This document shows, piece after piece, positions 39,518 through 50,685 of a DNA stretch of 64,000 nt. Position numbers and translations under genes: made by a program. The notes under the pieces are model-generated. The model was not told the DNA's origin. It saw only the letters and a list, made by a program, of their open reading frames with translations, and did no database searches. The stretch is from Salisapilia sapeloensis CBS 127946 (Eukaryota; Protista; Oomycota): contig JAADVB010000032.1 in assembly GCA_023334545.1 (NCBI GenBank), forward strand, positions 43,306 to 107,305. Direction: 5' to 3'. Position 1 is the first letter of the stretch, and each line of letters starts with the position of its first letter.

Positions 39518-42500
39518 ATGCAGCGTGAGAGATTGGATGGGTGGGTAGTAGATCAAGTGCAGCAGGCGGGTTTAGCCAATAGAACGCTGTTGCAGATGCC
39601 GAGTCCATCGTCCAGGCCATCCTGTGTTACGTCTCCAGTGCGTCGCAGTCGAGCCTTGCAACCATGTCGTCCGAAAGCTAAAGATTCTTCTCCATCGTTT
39701 GAACACAAGAACAGTATGTTGGGTGAAGTGGATGAAAGAGCAAGTCCAACTTGGACTCCATCTCGTGGAATGCGGTCACCACGGAATTTCTCTTCGATGG
39801 ACGAGTTTCGCGCTGACATGGAGGCTCGTCGTAATTTCGGGGAGCAAAGTGGTGTCGACAGAACGCAAGTTCTGCGGAGCGAAGAGTATGATGACACGTT
39901 TGATGAAGACGACATTTTGTCCTTGTGGGGGTTTCCAAGAGATCATATTTTGGCCTTCATAAGGCAGACGATTGAGCCCTCAGACCAATTTGAAGTGTGC
40001 CGTGTACTCTTTTCATTATTTATATGCAAAACTGACATCGGCATATGCTATGTAAAAGATCAGAACACCCCCACCGTACGACCCACCAAGCTTTATGCCG
40101 AAGTTTCACTCTACCGTTTCAGCTGATGAATCGTAAGACTCTCTCTTTCTTTTGGCCATCAGATGACTGTACATTGCTAACGATATTTTTAAAAGCATCG
40201 ATTCACAGGCGACCTTGCCTGTCTTGTCAGCACACCGCAAGCAACCAACCTCAAACTTTAGACTTGGAGACAAGAATCCTTCCAGACCTCATACAAGCCC
40301 AGTTCAAATCGGCACTACAGCAACACCCAAGTCAAGAAATAACGATGAACCAAGACAAGTCACCGTTAAAGCAAAAGACAAGTACGTGAAGGACTGCTAT
40401 ATGATTTCTCGAGATAATAATTATTCATGTGACAGAATCGGAAAGTTATTGTTCGAGCTTCGATCCGACCCGAAGAAATGGGCAGCATTCATGGTGCAAT
40501 CAACGAATAGCACAGTCTCTTGCGTATATAAAGTACTAACTTGAATGATTGAACACAGGACGACGTCGAGCGTGCCCAAAAGCAGGAGCAAAAGGTATTT
40601 TCGATCATTTGAAGGTAGGTGACTGGTAACTTACATTCGACATGCTATGGTGTATACAGAGGAGACCGACGAATAAGGTAGATGGATTGTGGTCGGAGCT
40701 TGCATGTCGGTGAATGTGTTGACTGAGAGCTAAATAGATCGTCTGGTCAAACAAACGACAAATCGAGAGTCCTCGAGCCCCTCATCTTGTCCTACAGAGG
40801 TTTCGCTTCTTATTTATATCGACTCAGTCAGTAGATATAAACACACTTTATATGCCAATGTAGAAAAGCACAAGCAGAAGAAAGAGCTCAACATGCTGCG
40901 GAAGCACGGGCAAGACAGATTGAGGAGGAGCAAAAGCGTTTTAATGCAAGGCTTCATCGATACTATGAACATGTGAAAAATACAAAGCCTCTAGCTACGA
41001 ATGGTGGCGTGCCGATTAAGCGAAAATACTGCGAGCTTTCCTTAGCTGAGAAGCAGCTAACCAGTATCTACAAGCGAAGACAGGCGTACATTCATATGAC
41101 ATTCATTTCTTTTATCCTTCAAAAGTGGAAAAGCAAGTATCTTTTGACGAAAGAAGCGCTCGCGCTTCTTAAAAAGAAAAATGGTGCTGCACATCTCATT
41201 CAGCGCATGTGGCGAAAGTGGAAGTGGAGACATGCTTCACGGCAAACTGTTATTGTCTATACTTGGCTTCGAAAATGTTTATGGAGGCTCATGTTCCGTT
41301 TTCGTTGTGAACGACGTATTCAAGCAGCCAATATCATACGTAGCTTCCTCACATCCACATCGACTGGAAATCGGGAGTCACGAGATTTCGACCGAGTCAT
41401 GTTCAGTTGGCGACACAAAGTCGTCCGGTCACAGCGGATTGCTAAGAACTTTATCGAGTGCAGACGTGCCCGGTTACAAGCTCTCTCCATTTGGTGGGAT
41501 AAGATTGACTATGAGCGACAGCGTCGAGAGAAAGTAGAATTGGAGAGGATGGTCGCCGCAGCAGAAGAGAAAGCGAACGAATGGAATGCAATGGCAAACG
41601 TGAAAAGCACAAGGAAGTGGACAGTTGTGCGTAATTCAGATGACCCTGGCAAGCCCTCTTATTTATCGAACAAGTCACCACGAGGAATACAAGGTGACAC
41701 TTTTAGCACCTTCATCCCTCACAGTCAGAAAAGCAAGGGCACTCCAAGCCACCAAGATCAAATTCGTAGGCTGACGTTAATACACGACCGACTGAGCTCA
41801 ATGCAGCAATTGCTGACACCTATCGAAATCCAGCGATTGCAACAACAAGTCATTCAAGTCGTTCGTATTCCGAAAACGTACTTTACTTTTCTTAATCATC
41901 CTCATCGATATACCGACAAGTACTTTGAATAGCATCAAGCGGCATCTTTTGATAACATACGTATCGACGATGCGATCGGCGTACATGCGGGAGCTCACTG
42001 CGTATCAGCAACAAGCCCCATGCGTCTCCTATATGCGGTACGTTGTTCTTGTGAGACTTCTGCACCAAGCTGACCTGAATGACCATAGAGAAGTACATTT
42101 GGATGACGTTCGTGCAATCGTCCAGAAAACTGTCATCCCGGACGCCAAGAGCTCTTTCATCGATAATCCCAAAGGTCCGAATGGAAATGGAAATGCTTCG
42201 GTAGATGCCACAGCAAGCCCAGAGAAGAAAAGTGTAGGGATAAAGAGAACAGTTTTGCAAGTCCGTCCACCCGTCTTCCACTTATTCAGTGGAAAAAAGC
42301 AGCGAGAGATGATGGAAAAGCTTATCAAAGAAGGCATGTCTCAGACACTTGAGAAGGATCCGGAACAATTCGCCATGGTCGAGCGTCAGCGGCTACGTCG
42401 AGAAGTTCTCGAGTCTGGGCTCTCTCCTCGCTTCCTCGCCACGGACTCGAATAGTAACGGAGCGAATGAAGAGAAACCAAAAGATGATATCGACAGTCAA

Positions 42501-42590
42501 CAAACTAGTCCACGTGTGAAGAAGAATGCGCATCGTCGATTAGCTTTTCTCCTCTCCAACGCCGTTGATGAAGATCCGAATGAAGATTAA
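39518..42590 (+). CDS. Hypothetical multi-exon protein with coiled coil and IQ-like motifs
   Basis: A chain of ORF pieces separated by short GT-AG introns (e.g. after 40134; 41878-41932). KAQAEERAQHAAEARARQIEEEQ coiled coil; AAHLIQRMWRKWK and AANIIRSFL IQ-like segments. Internal exon boundaries are approximate. Confidence 0.55.
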
Positions 42591-42776
42591 TGTATAAATT
42601 GAATGAAAGGAATAATCAAGTAGTGCTCTATGGTTGGACTTCATTACGGGAAACAGTAGAATACGATCTGAATGAGAAAAGGAATGAAATGTAGGCAAAA
42701 GGAAAAAGCATCCATCCAACGCAATCTCCGTACGGTCTCCCACTCGAGACGCGTGCAGCTGGTCTTCACATGGTAC

Positions 42777-45329
42777 TTAAACACGGTCCATGCGTTCCGT
42801 CGCGACAGCCTTCGGGGACGACGGACCGGTCAAAAAGTTCATGAACCGTTTCGACGGCGTCTCGGCGTGGTCCAAACCAGCAGCTTGCGTCGCCAACAAC
42901 GACATACTGAGTGGTGGCTCGGAGTTCGACTCTTCATCCGTCTCCACTTCTTCCACCATCTCGATCCCTTCTCCATTCCACGAAGTCGTCGTATCTGCGT
43001 ACTCGCCGTACTCGGTCTCACGAATCGAGTCGTGGGATTTCACATGGCCGTGGTTCAACTTGAGCATGTTGCTCGGCACAGGCTCCAGTTCCGTCTTCTT
43101 TGCATGGACGTCTTCCAACTTCTTTGCTTTCGGTGGTCTCGTATGTCCACGCCCGGCCAATTGTCGGTTCACCTTGGCCTGGATTATGTCAATCGGTACT
43201 GCTTCCACGAGTCCAATCGGTAGCGAGATGCCCTTAAACATAAAGTACCCATGGCTCTTGAACTGAAAGATCGTGCTATCGGCTTCATCAAACAGTTCAT
43301 CCTCTTCGGCAATCTCATGGCTTCGATACGGGCTATCTGAAAAGGTATTCCAAGCCTCTGAACCAAGCAGGACCTGTCCCCCAGCTGCAGCCTTGGCAAT
43401 CCGAGCCGTCTGATTCACGATATTTCCAAAGTAATCTGCTCGTCCACTCGTCTTGTGGGGACTCACACTCGCAGGAGTGCCCGTCTCGATACCCATGGCC
43501 ATGGAAAACATAAGCTCCTTAGCCTCTGTCGTTCGATTCCACTCTCGGAACTTTTGTCGAATGCGCAATTGGAACTCTCCACACCATAGCACGGCACTCA
43601 CAGGGTGGAAGAACGCCAGCATAAAGTCTCCCTGCAGCTCCTGACATTCATATCCGTTGTGTTTACGCAATAGCTCACGTGCGATGGAACACAGCGTCTT
43701 GATCCGTTCTGCGAGTTCCTCTGCATGACAACGGACGAGCGGTCGAGCGCCTTCGATGAACGTAAACACCATCGTCACAGGGCGTTGAGCAGATGGAGCG
43801 TCGCGCATACCCAGCGACAATTGGTGTGGCGAGTTTAACGACGGGAAACGTCTGCACTCGAGAGCGCGTGGTAAAAGGAGCATGAGACCGACCTCTAGTC
43901 CAAGAACAGCATGGCATCCGAGGTCTTCTACCACGGGATTTCCAAGCTGCACGAGCTGCTCCTTCAATCGATCCCAGACACTGTCGCTCAGGACGATTTG
44001 ACCACCATGCGCATACTCACTAACTGTCTGCGTCCACTTGACTGCCTCTCCGAGCGATCGATCGGGTGGGATGCTCGAGTCCGCAGCGTGGATGACCATC
44101 CGGACGCGGAAGCCTCGATAGAGCAAAAAGTTCTTCTTGCTCTTGCCATGGCCTTTAATGTACACTTCTTTAAGGTCGTTGAACTGCTTTAAAAGCTTCT
44201 CACTCCACGGAGCGTAGACTAGACTGAGCTGGAGAGAGAGACACCACTTGGCAGCATGGAACTCGGACGCAAAGGCGATGACGAACAGCCCTTCTTTCGA
44301 CCGACTAAGCACCTCCTGACCGCCGTATTCGGATGTAAGACGAGATAAGACCGTGTGCTCGTACACTTTCTTTGCGTCTTCCATGAGCTGTGGAGCCTCT
44401 CGCATCCGTTCTCGAAAGTCCGGTACCGAGACTTGGACCAGGACGACTTTATCCCAATTCACAGGTGTGAGATCGCCTAAGTCGGTCTTGACCTTCTTAC
44501 CAGAGTACACCTTCTTCATGGGCTGCTCTTGCAACAACGCGCCACCAGCAATCGCTTCGGCTGGAGGTGCAGAATGCGTCCGTCGGTGCTTTCCTCGACG
44601 CTTCGGACCAGAGCGAGCGGCCAAGTGATCCCCATTGTCATGCGTGACGCTCGAGACGTGATGGAATAGTGAATAATTGTATGGAGCTTTCACCGGCATG
44701 GACGTTACACCGCTCTTGGCCGGCTCATGCGTCGAGTGCATGTTCATTTGCGTATTTAAACTCGTCTGGACGTCCGTATCCGTGGTATCGAGACTCGAGT
44801 TCGAGTTCACCGTTTGTGCGTGGTGGGAAAGACTTGATAGTGCGTCATGGCTCTCTGATGTGGACGACGGCGCGGTGGAATGGTCGGCAGAAGAGACCGT
44901 GGAAGCTGTGTGTTGATTCGGACTGTCGTGGACACCCATGTTGTGTCTAGATGAAGATTCCGAGTCGGTCTTAAGCGCCTCGCCAAAGCTCGAATTGTAA
45001 TTTGGTACAGCTGTGAGGGAACGAGCGAGTCCAGGCGGATTTTGGGGAGCTGGGGCGTTTCGGAACGAGTCACTCGAGGTAATGGAGCTCTTGTCATCCA
45101 GGGCTACGTAATCCCCAGTTCCGCTTAATGGATCTACGACATCGACCGTCATTAAGTGCTGTCGTCGCTGTGGTCGAGGTGGCACCGGGTTGGTACCCGT
45201 GTTGGTAGTCGCCTCGTCTTCGTTCCCGTCCTCCTGGTGAACGTGCTGGAGATACGGCGCAAGTTCACGTACGATATCATTGCGAGGGAGACACTTTTCC
45301 AGCACACGCATGCAGCACCACCAACACAT
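42777..45329 (-). CDS. Class III adenylyl/guanylyl cyclase-like protein with two tandem cyclase domains (degenerate)
   Basis: Second domain GYECQELQGDFMLAF...MGIETG...DYFGNIVNQTARIAKAAAGGQVLL. First domain recognisable (GGQEVL...LFVIAF...RGFRVRMVIH...AHGGQIVLS). Low-complexity N-terminus. Confidence 0.85.
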   Translation of the reverse strand: MCWWCCMRVLEKCLPRNDIVRELAPYLQHVHQEDGNEDEATTNTGTNPVPPRPQRRQHLMTVDVVDPLSGTGDYVALDDKSSITSSDSFRNAPAPQNPPGLARSLTAVPNYNSSFGEALKTDSESSSRHNMGVHDSPNQHTASTVSSADHSTAPSSTSESHDALSSLSHHAQTVNSNSSLDTTDTDVQTSLNTQMNMHSTHEPAKSGVTSMPVKAPYNYSLFHHVSSVTHDNGDHLAARSGPKRRGKHRRTHSAPPAEAIAGGALLQEQPMKKVYSGKKVKTDLGDLTPVNWDKVVLVQVSVPDFRERMREAPQLMEDAKKVYEHTVLSRLTSEYGGQEVLSRSKEGLFVIAFASEFHAAKWCLSLQLSLVYAPWSEKLLKQFNDLKEVYIKGHGKSKKNFLLYRGFRVRMVIHAADSSIPPDRSLGEAVKWTQTVSEYAHGGQIVLSDSVWDRLKEQLVQLGNPVVEDLGCHAVLGLEVGLMLLLPRALECRRFPSLNSPHQLSLGMRDAPSAQRPVTMVFTFIEGARPLVRCHAEELAERIKTLCSIARELLRKHNGYECQELQGDFMLAFFHPVSAVLWCGEFQLRIRQKFREWNRTTEAKELMFSMAMGIETGTPASVSPHKTSGRADYFGNIVNQTARIAKAAAGGQVLLGSEAWNTFSDSPYRSHEIAEEDELFDEADSTIFQFKSHGYFMFKGISLPIGLVEAVPIDIIQAKVNRQLAGRGHTRPPKAKKLEDVHAKKTELEPVPSNMLKLNHGHVKSHDSIRETEYGEYADTTTSWNGEGIEMVEEVETDEESNSEPPLSMSLLATQAAGLDHAETPSKRFMNFLTGPSSPKAVATERMDRV

Positions 45330-46413
45330 ACTTTCTGATTGTACGAATGGACTGAATGTAAATGAAGAGGAAAATGCACGAGGCTGTGGTCGGTTGAAAC
45401 TGGCCTTGACCGAACGATGGCAGATACACTCTCAAGGGCGCTAGTGCTAGTCCGACGGACGTGCGGAGGCGGAACACGTGAAGCAACGAAAAAGAAGTTC
45501 TTTCTGCCTCCTTCCGACGGCTTTCCTCCGATTTTTTAATGCTGTGTTTGGTACGTTTTCCTTCGATTCTCCGCCGGCGCTAATTTGACGCCTCGAGTCA
45601 GTATATTTGGAGTTAGTATGCTGCTAGAAATGTGACGAGCCATTGTCGTCGGGTTGTAACCAGTCCATAAAAACCACGCCAGTCGGGCATGCAGGTACGG
45701 AATGACGAGGAGGAACGCGAGGTCATTTACAGACAAGCAGAGGAAGAAGCGACGCAGTGTAGTACGCTGGCGCTGCGATTCTTTGTCGTTATTGTCGAAA
45801 AGAACGATAGTAATGGTTGGATACACGCGGCCAGTTGGAAACAGCGCGTCGGCTGGACGACACATGCATGATTTGTGAGTCGAAATGCTGAACACAGTTA
45901 AAGTTTGCGGGCGTGTTCTCGTAATCGGTGGAAGTATGGTCGAAGGGTAGAATTAGTGGTTCGTTGTGGGATCCAGCACGCCGAAGGTGGCTGATTTCCG
46001 GTAGGTTGCCGAGGCAGTTTCGCATGCTCCGTGACTCCAAATGTCTTCCTACTCGACGTCGCTCGGAAACATGTGCGAACTTCACGATCATTGGAATGGA
46101 CAGTGGAACAAAAGCATCTCGGATGATACGAATCTGGCTGCGCGTTTAAATACATCCGGAAGGATTCGCTGCACCGACCAGATCATCCATCCAAGTCCAA
46201 ATTTCCGTCGACTGCATAGTCAGTAACGCAAGCAGTGATTTTTGCAACTTCAATAATCGATCCCATAACAAAGTCGGTCATATTCAGCGATATAACTGCT
46301 AGCATTTCCATCTTGAAGTTGCTATTTTTATACGCCGCGACATTCACCTGATACACACATGCGAAAAATAGCACAAGTAAAGTTCAGGGCAGGTAGACGA
46401 GTGTTTTGTGACG

Positions 46414-47466
46414 ATGGCATTAAGCAAACCGATGGAGACGCTCGCAACTGCCACGGCTGCCGGAGTAGGTGGCATGCTCGCCACGGGCATATTATATCCT
46501 CTCGACACAATTAAAACGCGTATCCAGTCTGGTTCGGACTCGCTCTTCAGTGAGCTCCATGACAAGAAGAACGATACGAAAACAAAGAAATTGAATGCGC
46601 TCTTGAACTCCATGTATCAAGGCCTTCAGTACAAGATGGCACAGTCTAGTGTCTCCAAGTTCTTTTACTTTTATGCATACACAGCGTTAACGCATCTCGT
46701 GGCTTCCAAGCATGGAAGTCCTCTGAGTACGCCAACAACTTTGCTATTGGGGTATTTGAGTGAATTGGCGCATGTCCCAGTATCACTTCCGATGGAATCG
46801 CTTGCCACCAAGATGCAGACAGCCAGTGCAAAAGATGCGCAGATTGGTATTGTCGACGTTATTCGCCGGACGATTCGAGAAAGCGGCGCAAATGGCTTTT
46901 ACAAGGGCCTCAATGCGCACGTCGTTCTGTGTCTCCAACCAGCTATACAATACACCGTCTTTGAACAAGTCAAGGCGATGTACGTGCGTCGCTCAAAGTT
47001 CGGTGGACAACTCACGCTTGGCGCACTCGAGGTTCACTTCTTACCTCTCCATTCTATCAGCTATAATCTAACTCGCTTTATGATAGGCATTTGTACTCGG
47101 AGCAGTTGCAAGGGCCGTCGCCACTCTACTCTTGTTCCCATACATTCGAGCCAAAGTACTTGCCATGTCCAAGCAGAAAGACAATGCGGAGAAACTAGAA
47201 AATGGCCAGAACGAACCACCGGAAAAGGAAGGTATTCTGTCCACCATGCAGCAAGTGGTCAAAGAGCAAGGTCCACTCGCCTTGTACCGAGGTCTCGGCC
47301 CTGAACTCACTCGGGTACATCCTTCCTGCTATCTATTTCGCTTTTTATATGCCATGCTAAAGTATAATTATAGGGTGCACTATCCTCTGCCATCATGCTC
47401 ATGATCAAGGAGAAGCTACAAACCTACATCACATTCGTCCTTTTATTCGCTAGTGCCCAGTCCTAA
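46414..47466 (+). CDS. Mitochondrial carrier family (SLC25) protein, probably peroxisomal adenine nucleotide/CoA carrier-like, 3 exons
   Basis: PLDTIKTRIQ, PMESLATKMQ and FPYIRAKV carrier signatures. Introns 47032-47086 and 47315-47373. QPAIQYTVFEQVK and GLGPELTRGALSSAIMLMIKE resemble the PMP34/ANT1/PNC subgroup. Confidence 0.85.
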
Positions 47467-47611
47467 GAAAAAATAATTTACCCATTATCTGATTACGTCA
47501 AGACAAACCTGTCATGAGTTCGTTTACTAGCACCCGACACTCGATTACGCTACGTTGAGTGACCAGCGAAAGTTCTATCCTCATTCTCGTATTATCCGCC
47601 AAACGAACAAG

Positions 47612-48475
47612 ATGGAGACACCGAATGTGAGAGACCACGAAGGTTTCTGGGGAGTCCCAACGTCGACCATTGACTGGTGTGAACCCAACTATCAAGTGTC
47701 CTACTACGTCGCAGAGTGGTGGAATACGATCAGCAACGTCCTTTTCATTGTCCTGGGACTCTACGGCTTCTTGAAGGCGCGAAGCGATGGCTTTGAATTG
47801 CGCTTCCAACTTGGATACATTGGTATAATCTTCACAGGCCTCGGATCGACGCTGTTCCATGGAACGTTGAAGCTCGTGTACGTATATTGTAACTATCCAT
47901 GCTTGTTGGCAACTGTCTAACGTCCCACTTGTAGCAATCAGCAGTTTGATGAAACTCCCATGGTGTGGGCCATGCTCATTTGGATCTACACGGCCTACTC
48001 GAGTGAAATTGAACGATTGCCAGTCTCTCGGAATGCAGTGGTCGGCAGTCTGTTTTTCCTCGGCCTAGCGTTCACGATCGCCCATGCGATCTACCGATTC
48101 ACGACCGTCTTCCAAGTATTTTTCTGTATACTAGCGTTGGTGTGCTCCGCCCGACTAGCGCAGCACTACCGTCAAACGAAGAATGCAACTGCAAAGAGTG
48201 TTGCAATGGCCTACGTGCGGAACACACTGATCGGAACCGGTCTGTGGTTGTTGGATTACCATTATTGCAGTGCCATGCAGCAGTTACCCGTGAACCCACA
48301 GGCACATGCTTGGTGGCATATCTTCACAGGACTTGCAACATACTATGGTCCCGTTTTCATGCAGTACATTCGAATGGAAGAACTTAATAAGGATGCCGAG
48401 ATTGAGCGCAATGCCTTTGGCATCTACACGATCGAAGTGGAAGATGGTGGCATGCCATCCAAGAAGAAGCTTTAA
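47612..48475 (+). CDS. Alkaline ceramidase (CREST superfamily), 2 exons
   Basis: STIDWCEPNY, EWWNTISN, GSTLFHGTL, DETPM and HAWWHIF motifs; intron 47878-47934. Confidence 0.93.
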
Positions 48476-49465
48476 GCTTTTCATACAAGCCTTTCATTTT
48501 ATATTTTACGTAACTAGTTCTAAATGGATTCTAGCTTTACGATAAAAGGATTCAAATCCAGAAAATGCATTCCATTGTTTCACGATGCTTCTTTCTGTTG
48601 GTTACACGCCGTCTTGCAGTAAGCCTCGACTTGTACACACACTGAACTCTGAATTAATTCATCGTCTCAGGTGTCCATTTGCAACGGACATGAAGGAAGC
48701 CACCTACAACCATCTGAATCTACGACTTGATGGGTATAAGTGAACTGATCCCATGAATTATACTGTAGTTTATGTATTAGATCAAGTATCATTGCTGTAC
48801 ATGCTGATGATAAATAAAAGTTGGTGCTGTGCACATTGTGTCAGGCTTCATGAGCGGTAGCGAAAGCCAAAGGTAGTAGCTTAGTCGATCGAAACAAACT
48901 TCGACCTTCAAGATTTTACAGTGACTCGATATGACATTGCTCGAGTAAGTTTTATCAATTTGTATCTACCATAGCGTTCGACGAATTTGCTCATGGTGAA
49001 AGTTCTACTAGCAGTTGGCTTCATGGCTTGGAGGTATCGTAGGCGGATGTATCGTTTTGCGCAATTGAGTTAAGATAGATAAGCGTGCATATATTTCGTG
49101 GCAAGAAATTGTATCGACATTTCTAGCTACCGTATGACGCGAGGAGCATCTAGCTTAATACGACTTTCCGCATGAATGGTCATTTACATCGCAAGAAACT
49201 TAATAAAATAAATAGAAGGAAACATTAAAAGTAGACTCCAGTAATACCACTGGTAACCTCGCTTTCCCTAAGAGATGTTGAATCAAAAAGGTGTACTTGA
49301 CAAGATCTCGTTACCTAGTACAGCTATCCATACAAGCATATCCCGTTCGTTCTATTTTGGTCTGCACCAAGAATAGTATCTCTGTCATGGACAAAATCGA
49401 ATACCATACGACCCATTCAGCACTCAATTATCCGTACGAGAAAGATTCAAGCCGGATTGAACTAG

Positions 49466-50533
49466 ATGGGAGACCCGATCAAGAGAAAGGTGGGCTTTAT
49501 TCTTGGAGACTCGGGCCTACTGGATACTGCCAAGCTTCGTGCCAAGTTTCATAACTTAGGCGTGCATGTCATCAACATTCGTCGATTAGATTGTACCAGA
49601 GAAATTGAATTGATCGTTCAAGATGTCCTGGAGCAGCTTCAAGCTAGTGAGAGGCCTCGGAATATAGTTATTGGAGCACCAGAATCACTTTTATTCTTCC
49701 TTTCACTGGAAGCATCCGCTGATGTGGTGTTTTCAAGCATCATTCAATTGACCCAAGTTACCGTCAGACCAGTAGTTCGAAAGCCTGGGAGAGATTCTGA
49801 TTCAGACGAAGATGAATGGGATCCATTCGACTTGCCACCACCCAAGCCAAACGACGATGCCACAGAGTTAGGTATGATTCGTAAGCACTTTGCCAGTCAT
49901 TACGATGGTGCGAGAACAAACTTGATCCTTACCAAGCTCAGTTTTGTGCATGTCGAAAAGCTATATGACCAAATTCGGCAGGTCGTTCGTCCCAAGATTA
50001 TCCTTATGGTAGGAGCTGCATTACCATCATCCAAAGAAATAGCTCAAAGAATTTGTGAACAAAGTGGTGGCACGTACATTGATGTACACAACGTTAGCCC
50101 ACAAGAGCCAAGATCCTTGCTGAAGACAATTGAGAACACTATCATCACTACAGCATCATCCTTCTACTGCATAGATGGCTATCCGATTTCTCTCGAAGTC
50201 GATTACAACCTTGCAAAAGCTCCCTACGGTCCACAACAACTGTGGCAAATGGAGTCAATAATAGCACCTGTAAGTGCTGCGATCGTTTTCACGGGTTCGA
50301 CGGGATCATTAGTAGAACGGAACAAAGATGTTTCGATTGAGGAAGCTAATCCAATGTTGGAACGTGCCAATGCGCACCAAGAATCTCTCTTGTGCTATCT
50401 TGGTCGGCAGAAAATTTCCACCTACAATGTAAATTGCCATGAATGTTCTGAGAGCAACATTATAGAGATCATCGAGAATGTTGCTGCATCCAAGACCAAT
50501 TGCAGTGAGAATAGTACGAGCACATCAAGTTAA
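49466..50533 (+). CDS. Degenerate adenylate/NMP-kinase-like protein (5' end uncertain)
   Basis: PKIILMVG...IAQRICEQSGGTYIDV...YCIDGYP...IAPVSAAIVF follows the AK fold pattern but lacks the GxxGxGK P-loop. An AG immediately before the ATG could be a splice acceptor. Confidence 0.5.
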   Translation: MGDPIKRKVGFILGDSGLLDTAKLRAKFHNLGVHVINIRRLDCTREIELIVQDVLEQLQASERPRNIVIGAPESLLFFLSLEASADVVFSSIIQLTQVTVRPVVRKPGRDSDSDEDEWDPFDLPPPKPNDDATELGMIRKHFASHYDGARTNLILTKLSFVHVEKLYDQIRQVVRPKIILMVGAALPSSKEIAQRICEQSGGTYIDVHNVSPQEPRSLLKTIENTIITTASSFYCIDGYPISLEVDYNLAKAPYGPQQLWQMESIIAPVSAAIVFTGSTGSLVERNKDVSIEEANPMLERANAHQESLLCYLGRQKISTYNVNCHECSESNIIEIIENVAASKTNCSENSTSTSS

Positions 50534-50685
50534 TAGTATCATGCACAAACTTCAAGAAAGGAATCAATAAACGAAATGAAAACAGTAGATTACGCATTTG
50601 ATCTATCGATATGGCTCAGTAGATACCATTGATATGGGCGCTTCCGTTGACGCAATTATACCGATAGAAATCGGTAAGTATCATC

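Noticed and set aside
63-46408. TTG/GTG starts given by the ORF track (63, 6329, 9682, 11383, 19233, 34195, 46408 etc.)
   Set aside because: This is a eukaryotic locus; starts were reassigned to in-frame ATGs or upstream exons.
45330-46413. Short ORFs in the 1.1-kb spacer between the cyclase and carrier genes
   Set aside because: No recognisable motifs or coherent splice model; treated as divergent promoter/UTR.
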